Source of the DNA: Candidatus Nanopelagicales bacterium
Lineage (GTDB): Bacteria > Actinomycetota > Actinomycetes > S36-B12 > CAIYMF01
Assembly (NCBI GenBank): GCA_025456015.1
Contig: JALOLK010000001.1
Span: 22,846 to 86,845, forward strand
Length of the DNA: 64,000 nucleotides
Direction of reading: 5' to 3'
Of this stretch, positions 1 to 9,435 are shown piece by piece. The notes beneath the pieces were generated by a model. That model was not told where the DNA came from, ran no database searches, and worked only from the letters and a program-made list of their open reading frames with translations. Position 1 is the stretch's first letter; each line of letters starts with the position of its first letter. The position numbers were made by a program, and so were the translations under genes.

Positions 1-492
<492 letters not shown>

Positions 493-528
493 GACGGTAG
501 GGCACCAGGAGCCGAGGAGGGGGCCAGC

Positions 529-1116
529 ATGGGCCGATTCGCGAAGGTGGAGCGCGCGACCAAGGAGAGCGACGTCCGCGTCGAGCTCGAGCTCGACGGG
601 TCCGGGCGCACCGACATCAGCACGGGCGTGCCCTTCTACGACCACATGATGAGCCAGATCGGCAAGCACGCCGGTTTCGACCTGGTCATCGCCACGACCG
701 GCGACATCGAGGTGGACGCCCACCACACCGTGGAGGACACCTCGCTGGCGTTCGGCACCGCCCTGCGCGAGGCACTCGGCGACAAGGTCGGCATCCGGCG
801 GTTCGGTGATGCCCTGGTGCCCCTCGACGAGGCCCTCGCCCAGGCGGTGGTGGACCTGTCGGGCCGGCCGTACGTGATGCACGAGGAGCCGCCGATGGCC
901 CCGCTCATCGGCTCCTACGACACCACGCTGACCCGGCACGTGTGGGAGTCGATCGCCGCCACCGGGCAGGTGTGCCTGCACGTGCGCTGCCTCTACGGGC
1001 GCAACCCCCATCACATGGTGGAGGCGCAGTTCAAGGCGGTCGCCCGGGCGCTGCGCACCGCCGTCGAGGTGGACCCGCGCGTCGTGGGGGTGCCGAGCAC
1101 CAAGGGTGCGCTGTGA
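529..1116 (+). CDS. hisB: imidazoleglycerol-phosphate dehydratase
   Basis: 195 aa with the IGPD metal-binding signatures DAHHTVED and [20 protein letters not shown] Shine-Dalgarno lies about 8 nt upstream of ATG 529. Confidence 0.95.
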   Translation: MGRFAKVERATKESDVRVELELDGSGRTDISTGVPFYDHMMSQIGKHAGFDLVIATTGDIEVDAHHTVEDTSLAFGTALREALGDKVGIRRFGDALVPLDEALAQAVVDLSGRPYVMHEEPPMAPLIGSYDTTLTRHVWESIAATGQVCLHVRCLYGRNPHHMVEAQFKAVARALRTAVEVDPRVVGVPSTKGAL

Positions 1117-1135
1117 GGCGCACCCGCCGCCGACC

Positions 1136-1768
1136 ATGAGCCGCTCCGTCGTCGTCCTGGACTACGGCTCGGGCAACCTGCGCTCCGCGGCGCGGGCGCT
1201 GGAGGCGGCCGGGGCCGAGGTCATCGTCACGGCCGACTTCGACGCGGGCATGGCGGCCGACGGGCTGGTGGTCCCGGGGGTCGGGGCATTCGCCGCGTGC
1301 ATGGCCGGGTTCCAGGCCGTGCGGGGCCCGCAGCTGGTCGAGCACCGGCTCGCCGGCGGCCGGCCGGTGCTGGGCATCTGCGTCGGGATGCAGATCATGT
1401 TCGAGCGCGGGGCGGAGCACGGCGTGGTGACCCAGGGTCTGGGGGAGTGGCCCGGGGTGGTGGCAGAGCTGCCGGCGCCGGTGCTGCCGCACATGGGGTG
1501 GAACACGGTCAGCGTGCCCGACGGCTCGGTGCTGTTCGCCGGCCTGGCCGATGAGCGGTTCTACTTCGTGCACTCCTATGCCGTGCAGCAGTGGGACTGG
1601 GTCGCCCAGGAGCCGTTCCATGCCCCGCTGGTGACCTGGGCCGAGCATGGTGCCCCGTTCATCGCGGCCATCGAGAACGGTCCGCTCACCGCCACGCAGT
1701 TCCACCCGGAGAAGTCCGGCGCGGCCGGGCTGGCGCTGCTCGGCAACTGGCTGGGCACCGTGGGCTGA
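1136..1768 (+). CDS. hisH: imidazole glycerol phosphate synthase, glutamine amidotransferase subunit
   Basis: Class-I amidotransferase with nucleophile context [10 protein letters not shown] and FHPEKS near the C-terminus. The ORF opens at 1106, but ATG 1136 ([14 protein letters not shown]) matches the family N-terminus. Confidence 0.93.
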   Translation: MSRSVVVLDYGSGNLRSAARALEAAGAEVIVTADFDAGMAADGLVVPGVGAFAACMAGFQAVRGPQLVEHRLAGGRPVLGICVGMQIMFERGAEHGVVTQGLGEWPGVVAELPAPVLPHMGWNTVSVPDGSVLFAGLADERFYFVHSYAVQQWDWVAQEPFHAPLVTWAEHGAPFIAAIENGPLTATQFHPEKSGAAGLALLGNWLGTVG

Positions 1769-1943
1769 CCGAGCGGGCTGGGACCCGCGGGCGGTGCCGC
1801 GCGGCGCGTGCGGCGGCGCGCGGAGGAAATGTCACACGCCCGTCGGATGATCCGGTTGGATCCGGAGCAGGCCCGCGGCAGTCGCGGGCCGTCCGGACCG
1901 GCCGGGGGCCACGGGGGCTCCCGGCGCGGGCGGGAGGGACACC

Positions 1944-3131
1944 ATGCGGTTGCTGCACACCTCGGACTGGCACCTGGGCCGGTCGCTGCACGGGCTGGAC
2001 CTCATCGAGCACCAGGAGTCGGCCCTGCGCCACGTCGTGGCGCTCGCCCGGCAGGAGCGGGTCGATGCGGTCCTGGTCTGCGGCGACGTCTACGACCGGG
2101 CCGTGCCGCCCCTGCCGGCCATCGAGGTGTTCGAGCGCGTCGTGGGCGAGCTCGCGTCGTTCACGCAGGTGATCATCAGCTCGGGCAACCACGACTCGGG
2201 CATGCGGCTGGGGAACATGGCCGAGCACCTGGTCGAGCGCATCGCCATCCGCACCCGCATCGACCGCCTCGACGAGCCGGTCGTGCTCACCGACGAGCAC
2301 GGCGAGGTGCTCGTGTACGCGCTGCCGTACCTGGACCCGGAGGCCGCCCGGTACCCGCTCGGCGGGCCCGACGGGCCCGTGCCCCGCAGCCATGCGGCGG
2401 TGCTCGCCGCGGCGATGGAACGGGTCCGCGCCGACGTCGCCGGGCGAGCCCCGGCGGGGAGCCGCCCGCCGCGCACGGTCGTCATGGCGCACGCCTTCGT
2501 CGCCGGTCGGGAGCGGCCCGAGACCAGCGAGAGCGAGCGCGACCTGCGCGTCGGTGGGGTCGAGGTCGTGCCGACCGATGTGTTCGACGGGATGACGTAC
2601 ACCGCGCTGGGCCACCTGCACGGGCCGCAGGAGCCCCGCGCCGGTGCCGGCGTCGTGCGCTACTGCGGCTCGCCGCTGCGCTACTCGTTCTCCGAGGCAC
2701 AGCACGCGAAGAGCGTCACGGTCGTCGAGCTGGGCGCCGACGGCGTCGCGGGCGTGCGTGCGGTCGACGTGCCGCAACCCCGCCCCATGGCGGTGCTGCG
2801 TGGCTCGCTCGCCGAGCTGGTCGGGGACGGCGCGCACACCCTCCACGAGGGGTCGTGGGTCCGCGCCGAGGTCACCGACGCGGTGCGCCCTGACGGCATG
2901 TACGACGCGCTGCGCGGTCGCTTCCCGCACCTGCTCTGCGCGCACCACCTGCCGCCGGGTGGGCTGGCCATGGGGGCCCCCGAGGTGGCGGGCAGGACCG
3001 ACCCGTTGGAGGTCCTGGCGCAGTTCCTGCGCGACGCGACGAACACCGACGACGAGCTGGCGATCGCCGAGCACCTCGCCCTGGTGCGCGGCCACTACGA
3101 GGCGCAGCAGCGCGAGGAGGGCATCGCCTGA
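1944..3131 (+). CDS. sbcD: exonuclease SbcCD, nuclease subunit D (Mre11 family)
   Basis: 395 aa with phosphoesterase motifs in canonical order: DWHLG, GDVYD, GNHD, MAHAF, GHLH. GGGAGGGA SD before ATG 1944. The stop overlaps the sbcC start (TGATG). Confidence 0.9.
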   Translation: MRLLHTSDWHLGRSLHGLDLIEHQESALRHVVALARQERVDAVLVCGDVYDRAVPPLPAIEVFERVVGELASFTQVIISSGNHDSGMRLGNMAEHLVERIAIRTRIDRLDEPVVLTDEHGEVLVYALPYLDPEAARYPLGGPDGPVPRSHAAVLAAAMERVRADVAGRAPAGSRPPRTVVMAHAFVAGRERPETSESERDLRVGGVEVVPTDVFDGMTYTALGHLHGPQEPRAGAGVVRYCGSPLRYSFSEAQHAKSVTVVELGADGVAGVRAVDVPQPRPMAVLRGSLAELVGDGAHTLHEGSWVRAEVTDAVRPDGMYDALRGRFPHLLCAHHLPPGGLAMGAPEVAGRTDPLEVLAQFLRDATNTDDELAIAEHLALVRGHYEAQQREEGIA

Positions 3132-6115
3132 TGCGGCTGCACCGCCTCACCTTCGCCGGGCTCGGCCCCTTCCGCGACGAGCAGGTGATCGACTTCGCCG
3201 ACCTCGCCGCATCCGGGCTGTTCCTGCTCGAGGGGCCGACGGGGGCCGGGAAGTCGACGATCATCGACGCGATCGTGTTCGCCCTGTACGGCACCGTGGC
3301 GGGTGCGGAGTCGGACAAGGGCCGGCTGGTGAGCCAGTTCCTCGACGGGTCGCGGGCGCCGTTCGCCGAGCTGGTCTTCCAGACCGGAGCCGGCGTCCAC
3401 CGCATCCGCCGCACGCCGACCTACGAGGCCCGCAAGGCGCGCGGGACGGGCACCACCACCCGGAACGCCACCGTCACGCTGCTGCGCCTCGACGCCCCGG
3501 ACGACGAGGCGGGCGAGCCGCTGACCACCTCGCTGCGGGAGGCCGGCGACGAGGTCAACCGGATCGTCGGGCTGACGAAGGACCAGTTCATCAGCACCAT
3601 GGTGCTGCCGCAGGGGGAGTTCGCGCGGTTCCTGCAGGCGGAGGGCAAGGAGCGCCTGCCCATCCTGCAGCGGATCTTCCGCACGGAGCCCTACGAGCGG
3701 CTCCAGCGGCGGCTGTGGGAGGCCAAGGGGGAAGCCGAGCGGGCGCGGGCCCAGGCCTGCCAGGCGGTCGAGCTCGCCCTCGCCGGGTTCCATGGCGCCG
3801 CCGGCAGCGACCCCGACACGGCGCCCTGGCACGGGCTGGACCTGCGGGACGGCGCCGCCCTCGATGCTGCGCTCGACGCCGCCCTGCGCGGCCTCGACGC
3901 GCTCGCGCGGGAGGCGGGCCGGGGGGCGCAGGGCGCCGCCGAGTCCCTGCGCCTGGCCACGGCGGCCCATCAGGGCGTGCTCGACCGGGTGCGCCGTCGG
4001 GACCGGCTCGCCCAGGCCACCGCCCGGGCCGGCGCCCTCGAGGCGGCCGCACCTGAGCACCTGGCCCGGGTGGCCCGGCTCGCGGCAGCCGAGCGGGCGG
4101 AGCGGGTCGCCGACGCTCTCGCCGCGGAAGCGACCGCGTCGGCTGCCTTCGACCTCGCCGCCGGGGCTGACGAGGCCGCCCGGTCGGCCCTGCCCCAGGG
4201 CCAGCAGGGGCTGACCATCGGTGGCCTGCGCGAAGCCCTCGACCTCGAGCGGGAGCGGGCCGCGGGGCTGGCGCCCGTCGTGGAGGTGGAAGCCGGGCTG
4301 CCCGCACTGGCGTCCGCGCTCGAGCAGGGCCGGGCGTGCCTGGCCGACGAGCGTGCCCGGGTGGCCGAGCAGGACCGGGCCCTCCGCGGGATCCCCGCGC
4401 GGCAGACCTCGCTGTCCGCCGAGCGCGACGCGGCCACGGCCCGGGCCGCGCTGGTGGGGGCCTGCGAGCAGGAGGTCGAGCGGGCGGGGGCCCGTCGTAC
4501 CGCCGCCGAGCAGCTGGCCGAGGCCGGCCGCGAGCTGGACGCGGCGCGCGGGGCCCAGGTGGCCGCGATGGGGCAGCTGCAGGAGGCCGAGGCGGCTGCC
4601 CGGTCCCTGGCCGACCGGTACCGGATGGGGCTGGCCGCCGAGCTCGGGTCGGGCCTGCAGCCGGACGAGCCCTGCCCCGTCTGCGGGTCCTGCACGCATC
4701 CGGCGCCGGCCCGCCCGGACGCCGACCACGTCCCGCGCGAGCAGGTCGAGCACGCCGAGCTCGTGGTCCGGGCCGTACGTGACCGCGTGGAGCAGTGCCG
4801 CGCTGCCGTGGCCGGGGCGGAGCAGCGGGTCGTCCGGCATGCCGCGCAGGCCGAGGGCCTGGACCTCGAGGCGGCCGGCACGGCGCTGCAGCAGGCGCAG
4901 GCCGAGCTCGCGCGGGCTCGGGCGGGCGCCGTCGCGGCGGCCGCGCTGGACGACGCGCTCGCCGAGCTCGAGGCGGAGCAGCGGCGCTGCACCGAGGCGC
5001 GCACCGCTGCCCTCGCCGCGGCCGCGGGCCTCGAGGCCCAGCTCACGGCGCTCGCGGCTCAGCAGGAGGCCGACGAGGCGGTGGTGGCCCAGGCCCGGGC
5101 CGAGCACCCCTCCGTCGCGGCCCGGGCCGAGGCCCTGGCCCGCACGATCGTGGCGCTGGAGGCGGCCCAGTCCGCCGCGGCTGGGCGCGCGACCGCCGAC
5201 GAAGCCCTGGCGCGTGCGCGGGCGGCGCTCACCAGGGCGCTGCAGCGTGAGGCCTTCGAGGACGCCGACGCCGCGCGTGCCGCGCACCTGGACCCGCAGC
5301 GACGCGGCGCGCTCGAGGCCCACGTGCGCGCGCACGAGGCGGAGGCGGCCCAGGTGGCGGCCGTCCTGGCCGAACCGGAGCTGGCCGACGTGGACCTCGA
5401 CGAGGCGCTGGACCCAGCCCCGGCCGCCACCGCGGTGGCCGCGGCCAGCGCCGAGCAGGAGGCGGCGCTGGCGGCCCAGGGGCAGGCCCGCGCGCGGCTG
5501 GCGGACGCGGCCGGGCAGGCGGCGTCCGTGCGGGCGGCGGTGCAGGAGCGCGACCTGTGCCTGGCGCAGACCGAGCCCCTGCTGCAGGTGGCCCGCCTCG
5601 CCTGGGGCCACAACGCGTTGTCGATGAACCTGGCCACGTACGTCGTCCAGCGCCGGTTCGAGACGGTCGTGGCAGCGGCGAACGAGCACCTGCGGCACAT
5701 GTCGGACGGGACGCTCGAGCTGGTTGCCACCGAGGACGCCGAGGGTCGCAGCACCCGGGCGGGCCTGGGCCTGCGGGTGGTGGACCTGCGCACGGGGCTG
5801 GATCGCGGCACCCGCACGCTGTCCGGCGGCGAGACGTTCTACACCTCGCTGGCGCTGGCGCTGGGCCTGGCCGCGGTGGTGGCCGGTGAGGCCGGCGGGG
5901 TGCAGCTGGGCACGCTGTTCGTCGACGAGGGCTTCGGCTCGTTGGGCGGCCGGACCCTCGACGACGTCATGTCGGTCCTCACCGCGCTGGGGGCGGGGGG
6001 CCGGGTCATCGGCGTGGTCTCCCACGTCGAGGAGATGAAGCAGCGCATCCCCGAGCGGATCGAGGTCCGCCGCGACGGGCTCGCGGGCCACAGCGCCATC
6101 CGGGTGGTGGCCTGA
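3131..6115 (+). CDS. sbcC: exonuclease SbcCD, ATPase subunit C (Rad50/SMC-like)
   Basis: 994 aa. Walker [11 protein letters not shown]-loop VLPQGEF, and a long Ala/Glu/Leu/Arg coiled coil with a central zinc hook CPVCGS. The C-terminal part has signature LSGGETF, Walker [11 protein letters not shown] and H-loop VVSHV. Confidence 0.9.
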   Translation: MRLHRLTFAGLGPFRDEQVIDFADLAASGLFLLEGPTGAGKSTIIDAIVFALYGTVAGAESDKGRLVSQFLDGSRAPFAELVFQTGAGVHRIRRTPTYEARKARGTGTTTRNATVTLLRLDAPDDEAGEPLTTSLREAGDEVNRIVGLTKDQFISTMVLPQGEFARFLQAEGKERLPILQRIFRTEPYERLQRRLWEAKGEAERARAQACQAVELALAGFHGAAGSDPDTAPWHGLDLRDGAALDAALDAALRGLDALAREAGRGAQGAAESLRLATAAHQGVLDRVRRRDRLAQATARAGALEAAAPEHLARVARLAAAERAERVADALAAEATASAAFDLAAGADEAARSALPQGQQGLTIGGLREALDLERERAAGLAPVVEVEAGLPALASALEQGRACLADERARVAEQDRALRGIPARQTSLSAERDAATARAALVGACEQEVERAGARRTAAEQLAEAGRELDAARGAQVAAMGQLQEAEAAARSLADRYRMGLAAELGSGLQPDEPCPVCGSCTHPAPARPDADHVPREQVEHAELVVRAVRDRVEQCRAAVAGAEQRVVRHAAQAEGLDLEAAGTALQQAQAELARARAGAVAAAALDDALAELEAEQRRCTEARTAALAAAAGLEAQLTALAAQQEADEAVVAQARAEHPSVAARAEALARTIVALEAAQSAAAGRATADEALARARAALTRALQREAFEDADAARAAHLDPQRRGALEAHVRAHEAEAAQVAAVLAEPELADVDLDEALDPAPAATAVAAASAEQEAALAAQGQARARLADAAGQAASVRAAVQERDLCLAQTEPLLQVARLAWGHNALSMNLATYVVQRRFETVVAAANEHLRHMSDGTLELVATEDAEGRSTRAGLGLRVVDLRTGLDRGTRTLSGGETFYTSLALALGLAAVVAGEAGGVQLGTLFVDEGFGSLGGRTLDDVMSVLTALGAGGRVIGVVSHVEEMKQRIPERIEVRRDGLAGHSAIRVVA

Positions 6116-6125
6116 CCGGGGCGGC

Positions 6126-6131
6126 TACCCT
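6126..6131 (+). promoter_or_regulatory. candidate -10 hexamer TACCCT for a leaderless hisA transcript
   Basis: TACCCT followed by 7 nt (TCGCGCC) and then the hisA ATG at 6139. No SD is present. The same CTACCCT-NN-GCGCCATG string precedes rpe at 62711-62727. Confidence 0.45.
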
Positions 6132-6138
6132 TCGCGCC

Positions 6139-6879
6139 ATGCAGACGCTGACCCTCCTGCCCGCCGTGGACGTCCGCGATGGCACGGCCGTGCGCCTCGT
6201 GCAGGGCGAGTCCGGGACCGAGACCGCGTACGGCAGCCCGCTCGAGGCGGCCCTGGACTTCCAGGCCCAGGGGGCGCAGTGGATCCACCTGGTGGATCTC
6301 GACGCGGCCTTCGGCACCGGCTCGAACCGCGACCTGCTCGCCGAGGTCATCGGCGCGCTCGACGTGCAGGTGGAGCTGTCCGGCGGGATTCGCGACGACG
6401 CCTCGCTCACGGCTGCCCTCGCCACCGGCTGCCGTCGGGTCAACCTCGGCACCGCGGCGCTCGAGGATCCGGCCTGGACGCGCCGGGTGATCGGCGAGCA
6501 CGGCGATCGCATCGCCGTGGGCCTCGACGTCCGGGGCACCACGCTGGCCGCCCGCGGATGGACCCGGGAGGGCGGGGACCTGTGGGAGACCCTGGCCCGC
6601 CTCGACGCGGACGGCTGCTCGCGCTACGTGGTCACCGACGTCACCAAGGATGGGACGCTCCAGGGGCCGAACCTCGAGCTGCTGCGCGAGGTGTGCCAGC
6701 GCACCGACCGGCCCGTCGTGGCCAGCGGCGGGGTGGCGCGCCTGGCGGACCTGCACCAGCTGGCCGAGCTGGTCCCGCTGGGGGTCGAGGGGGCGATCGT
6801 CGGCAAGGCGCTCTACGCCGGGGCGTTCACCCTGGCCGAGGCCCTGGCGGCCGTGGCCCCGCGACGCGACACCCTCTAG
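6139..6879 (+). CDS. hisA: ProFAR isomerase HisA, probably the bifunctional actinobacterial PriA-type HisA/TrpF
   Basis: 246 aa (beta/alpha)8 isomerase: [22 protein letters not shown]. No trpF is present in the neighbouring trp cluster, so the bifunctional assignment is an inference. Confidence 0.92.
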   Translation: MQTLTLLPAVDVRDGTAVRLVQGESGTETAYGSPLEAALDFQAQGAQWIHLVDLDAAFGTGSNRDLLAEVIGALDVQVELSGGIRDDASLTAALATGCRRVNLGTAALEDPAWTRRVIGEHGDRIAVGLDVRGTTLAARGWTREGGDLWETLARLDADGCSRYVVTDVTKDGTLQGPNLELLREVCQRTDRPVVASGGVARLADLHQLAELVPLGVEGAIVGKALYAGAFTLAEALAAVAPRRDTL

Positions 6880-6889
6880 GGCTACGGCG

Positions 6890-7306
6890 ATGCCCGTCGA
6901 GCGGTACGCCAGCGGCGGCCCCTACGAGGACGTCGTGGGCTACAGCCGGGTGGTGGTCACCCATGGGCCGGGGGGCCGCACCGGGGTCACCGCCGGGACG
7001 ACCGCGCTCGTCAACGGCGTGGTCCAGCATCCCGAGGATGCCTACGCCCAGGCGCTGGTCGCCTTCCAGTCCGCCCTGTTCGCCCTGGAGCGGGCAGGCT
7101 TCGCGCGCACCGACGTGATCCAGACCCGGATGTACCTGCCCGCGATCGCGCGGGACGCCGACGCCGTCGGACGGGCGCACGCGATGCTGTTCGACGAGGT
7201 CCGGCCGGCCGCCACCATGCTCGGCGTGGCCGGATTGGTCGATCCCGCGATGCTCGTCGAGGTCGAGGTGGTGGCCTGGCGCCCGGAGGACGACTCCGCC
7301 GCCTGA
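6890..7306 (+). CDS. RidA/YjgF/UK114 family protein
   Basis: 138 aa from ATG 6890 inside ORF 6650-7306. Sequence typical of the family (...DVIQTRMYL...MLVEVEVVAW). Confidence 0.8.
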   Translation: MPVERYASGGPYEDVVGYSRVVVTHGPGGRTGVTAGTTALVNGVVQHPEDAYAQALVAFQSALFALERAGFARTDVIQTRMYLPAIARDADAVGRAHAMLFDEVRPAATMLGVAGLVDPAMLVEVEVVAWRPEDDSAA

Positions 7307-7502
7307 CCCGCCGCATGGCGGCGGGTTCCGCGCCCCATACGCCCATCAGTCCCAAGGCGTCCGCGAGCGCGCCCGGGCCTGGTGAAGTGCGTCAGGTGAA
7401 CCGGTCCCCCGACACATCCGAGGGACGGTCCACGGGATGCGTTCCATACCTACCGGGCCCCTAATTCGCGGTCAACGGGAGCCTATTCAGGCTCACATTG
7501 GC

Positions 7503-7570
7503 GGGCAGGGGTGCCGATGCATGGGCAGGGTTTCGGCCCAGACCTCGTGTGGCGGGAGCTTCCGGGCAGG
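7503..7570 (+). repeat. three direct copies of GGGCAGG in the leader of the GH18-like gene
   Basis: GGGCAGG occurs at 7503-7509, 7523-7529 and 7564-7570, with start-to-start spacings of 20 and 41 nt. They lie in a 319-nt non-coding region of locally reduced GC. Confidence 0.5.
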
Positions 7571-7625
7571 ACAAGGGACCGGGAGTGGGGGAGGTCGACT
7601 TCACCGACGGAAGGATCGACCCGGC

Positions 7626-9242
7626 ATGTCCGCCCACGAACGATCAGGCACGACCCTGCCCGGCGCGCGACGCCCGGGCCCCAGAACGCCGGCCTCGGGC
7701 CCGGCCCGGACCGCACGGGTGGTGCTGCTCATCCCCCTCGTGGCCATCCTGGCGCTGCTGTCCGGTCCGGCTGTCGCCCTCGCGGCGCCCGCAGGCAACG
7801 CCCGGCCCGCCCGACCGGCCGTCCAGCCCGCAGTCGGGGCCCTGCAGGTGGCGTGGCAGGCACCGAGCGCCCGGGCCAGGGGTGGCGCCCGGGTGACCGG
7901 GTACCAGGTCCGGGTGATGAGCAAGCCCGGAGCCCGCACCGTGCGCACCGTGCGCACCGGTGCCCGTGCCCGTACCGTCACCCTGGCCGGGCTGCCGACC
8001 GGCGCCCGCTACGTCGCCCGGGTCCGGGCGCTGCGTGGCCGCTCCACAGGCGCGTGGTCCGCGGTCTCCGCCGCGGTGGCGCCCTCCTCCACCGGCGCCG
8101 CGCGCATCGGCACGGCGGAGCACCCCATCGCGGGGGTGAACGTGCCACGGGCCGGCGACGCCCTGGTCATGTACACCCGAACCGCGAAGCAGACCGTCTC
8201 GCCGGCCAACGAGTGGGGCGTCGAGGTCGCGGTCCGCAACGGCACCATCAGCGAGGTGCGCGACCGCCAGGCCACGCTCGACCGGCGCGGGATGCGCATC
8301 CCGCGGGACGGCTACCTGCTCTCCGCGCACGGCGCGGCACGGTCGTGGCTGCTGGCGAACGCTCGCGTGGGCCAGGCCGTGGTGCTCACCAACGGCACCA
8401 CGTCGACCCTCACGCCGACGCCGCCCCCGGCGGCCCCGGTCGGGGCGCTGCCGCAGCGGGTCGCGGGCGTGTACTGGACCGGGTGGAACCCGGCCCCGGC
8501 GGTGGATGCCCTACCCGCGGGCTACAACCTCGCCTACCTGTTCGCGGCCCACCGCAGCGCGCCCTACGGGGCCGTCAGCTGGAGCTACGCCCGGCCCACG
8601 GGGATCCCCGCGGCCCGAGCACGCGGTGTCAAGGTCATCCTGTCCACCGGAGGGGCCGGCTCGGGCATCGCCTTCACCGACCGCACCACCTCGACGAACT
8701 TCGTGAACAGCATCGAGGCGATCAACGCGTCCTGGGGTGGGACGCGCACGGCGCCGGCGTTCGACGGCGTGGACTTCAACACCTTCGAGGCCGAGGCGGT
8801 GCCGAACACCCCCGAGTACCTGTGGATGGCCCAGGAGCTCAAGCGTCGGTTCGGTGCCGCGTTCCTCATCACCAGCCCACCGGCGCCGTGGCGGGACAGC
8901 GACCGGGCGTTCTGCGCCCAGATGCTCGCAGCGGGCGCCATGGACTACTGCGCCCCGCAGTACTACGACGGGCCGGGCCTGGCCGATCCCAGCTACATCG
9001 TGAACTCCGTCCGCTCGTGGGTGCGCGACGTGGCCGGCGGCGACGCCAGCCGGATCGTGGTCGGGTTCGGCATCCAGCCGGGTGCGGCGAACTACTCCAC
9101 GACGGCCGGCGTCGCGCAGGCCTGGAACCAGCTCGAGGCGGAGTTCCCGCGGCTGCGCGGGGCCTTCCTGTGGAGCCATGCCGGCGATGCGGCGAACGGG
9201 TGGGGGTTCGCGACCACGGTGACCCCGTCGGTCCGCAACTAG
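7626..9242 (+). CDS. secreted FN3 domain / unknown beta-rich domain / GH18-like (class III chitinase-like) protein
   Basis: - Start: ATG 7626 is preceded by GGAAGGA.
- Signal peptide: VVLLIPLVAILALLSGPAVALAAPAG.
- FN3-like segment: LQVAWQAPS...VTGYQVRV...YVARVRAL.
- C-terminal TIM-barrel-like GH18 region: VILSTGGAG... FDGVDFNTFE ...YCAPQYYDG...
- The upstream 63 codons of ORF 7437 were judged non-coding. Confidence 0.75.
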   Translation: MSAHERSGTTLPGARRPGPRTPASGPARTARVVLLIPLVAILALLSGPAVALAAPAGNARPARPAVQPAVGALQVAWQAPSARARGGARVTGYQVRVMSKPGARTVRTVRTGARARTVTLAGLPTGARYVARVRALRGRSTGAWSAVSAAVAPSSTGAARIGTAEHPIAGVNVPRAGDALVMYTRTAKQTVSPANEWGVEVAVRNGTISEVRDRQATLDRRGMRIPRDGYLLSAHGAARSWLLANARVGQAVVLTNGTTSTLTPTPPPAAPVGALPQRVAGVYWTGWNPAPAVDALPAGYNLAYLFAAHRSAPYGAVSWSYARPTGIPAARARGVKVILSTGGAGSGIAFTDRTTSTNFVNSIEAINASWGGTRTAPAFDGVDFNTFEAEAVPNTPEYLWMAQELKRRFGAAFLITSPPAPWRDSDRAFCAQMLAAGAMDYCAPQYYDGPGLADPSYIVNSVRSWVRDVAGGDASRIVVGFGIQPGAANYSTTAGVAQAWNQLEAEFPRLRGAFLWSHAGDAANGWGFATTVTPSVRN

Positions 9243-9435
9243 GACCACGGCGCCGGTGCCCTCGGGGACCAGTGGGGGCGGGCGCCAGCAGCGGCAGCGG
9301 GGCCCGGATCGACGCGTGCGGACCGGGCCCCGCTGCTGCGCTCGCTCGACCCCTCACCGCGTGGCCACGAGGACTAGACTCCGGCAACCCAGCAGGGAAC
9401 GGGGCAGGCGCAGGGAGGTGGCGGGGTTGGTCGGG

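Noticed and set aside
3095-6091. 998-aa ORF on the minus strand, antisense to sbcC
   Set aside because: Its translation is low-complexity Arg/Gly/Pro/Ala-rich with no recognisable motif. The plus-strand frame carries all the SbcC motifs. Long antisense open frames are expected at about 73% GC because stop codons are AT-rich.
1944-6115. sbcD/sbcC considered as a possible Rad50/Mre11-like anti-phage defence module (Lamassu/Gabija-like context)
   Set aside because: Both proteins have the complete canonical SbcCD motif set, including the zinc hook. There are no accessory effector, methylase or toxin genes, no mobile-element hallmarks and no compositional discontinuity that I can see. Housekeeping SbcCD is the parsimonious call.
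7437-7625. 63-codon N-terminal extension of the GH18-like ORF
   Set aside because: The segment lies in the GC-poor leader, and its translation (MRSIPTGPLIRGQREPIQAH...) has no signal-peptide character. ATG 7626 has a GGAAGGA SD and is followed by a typical positively charged n-region and signal peptide.
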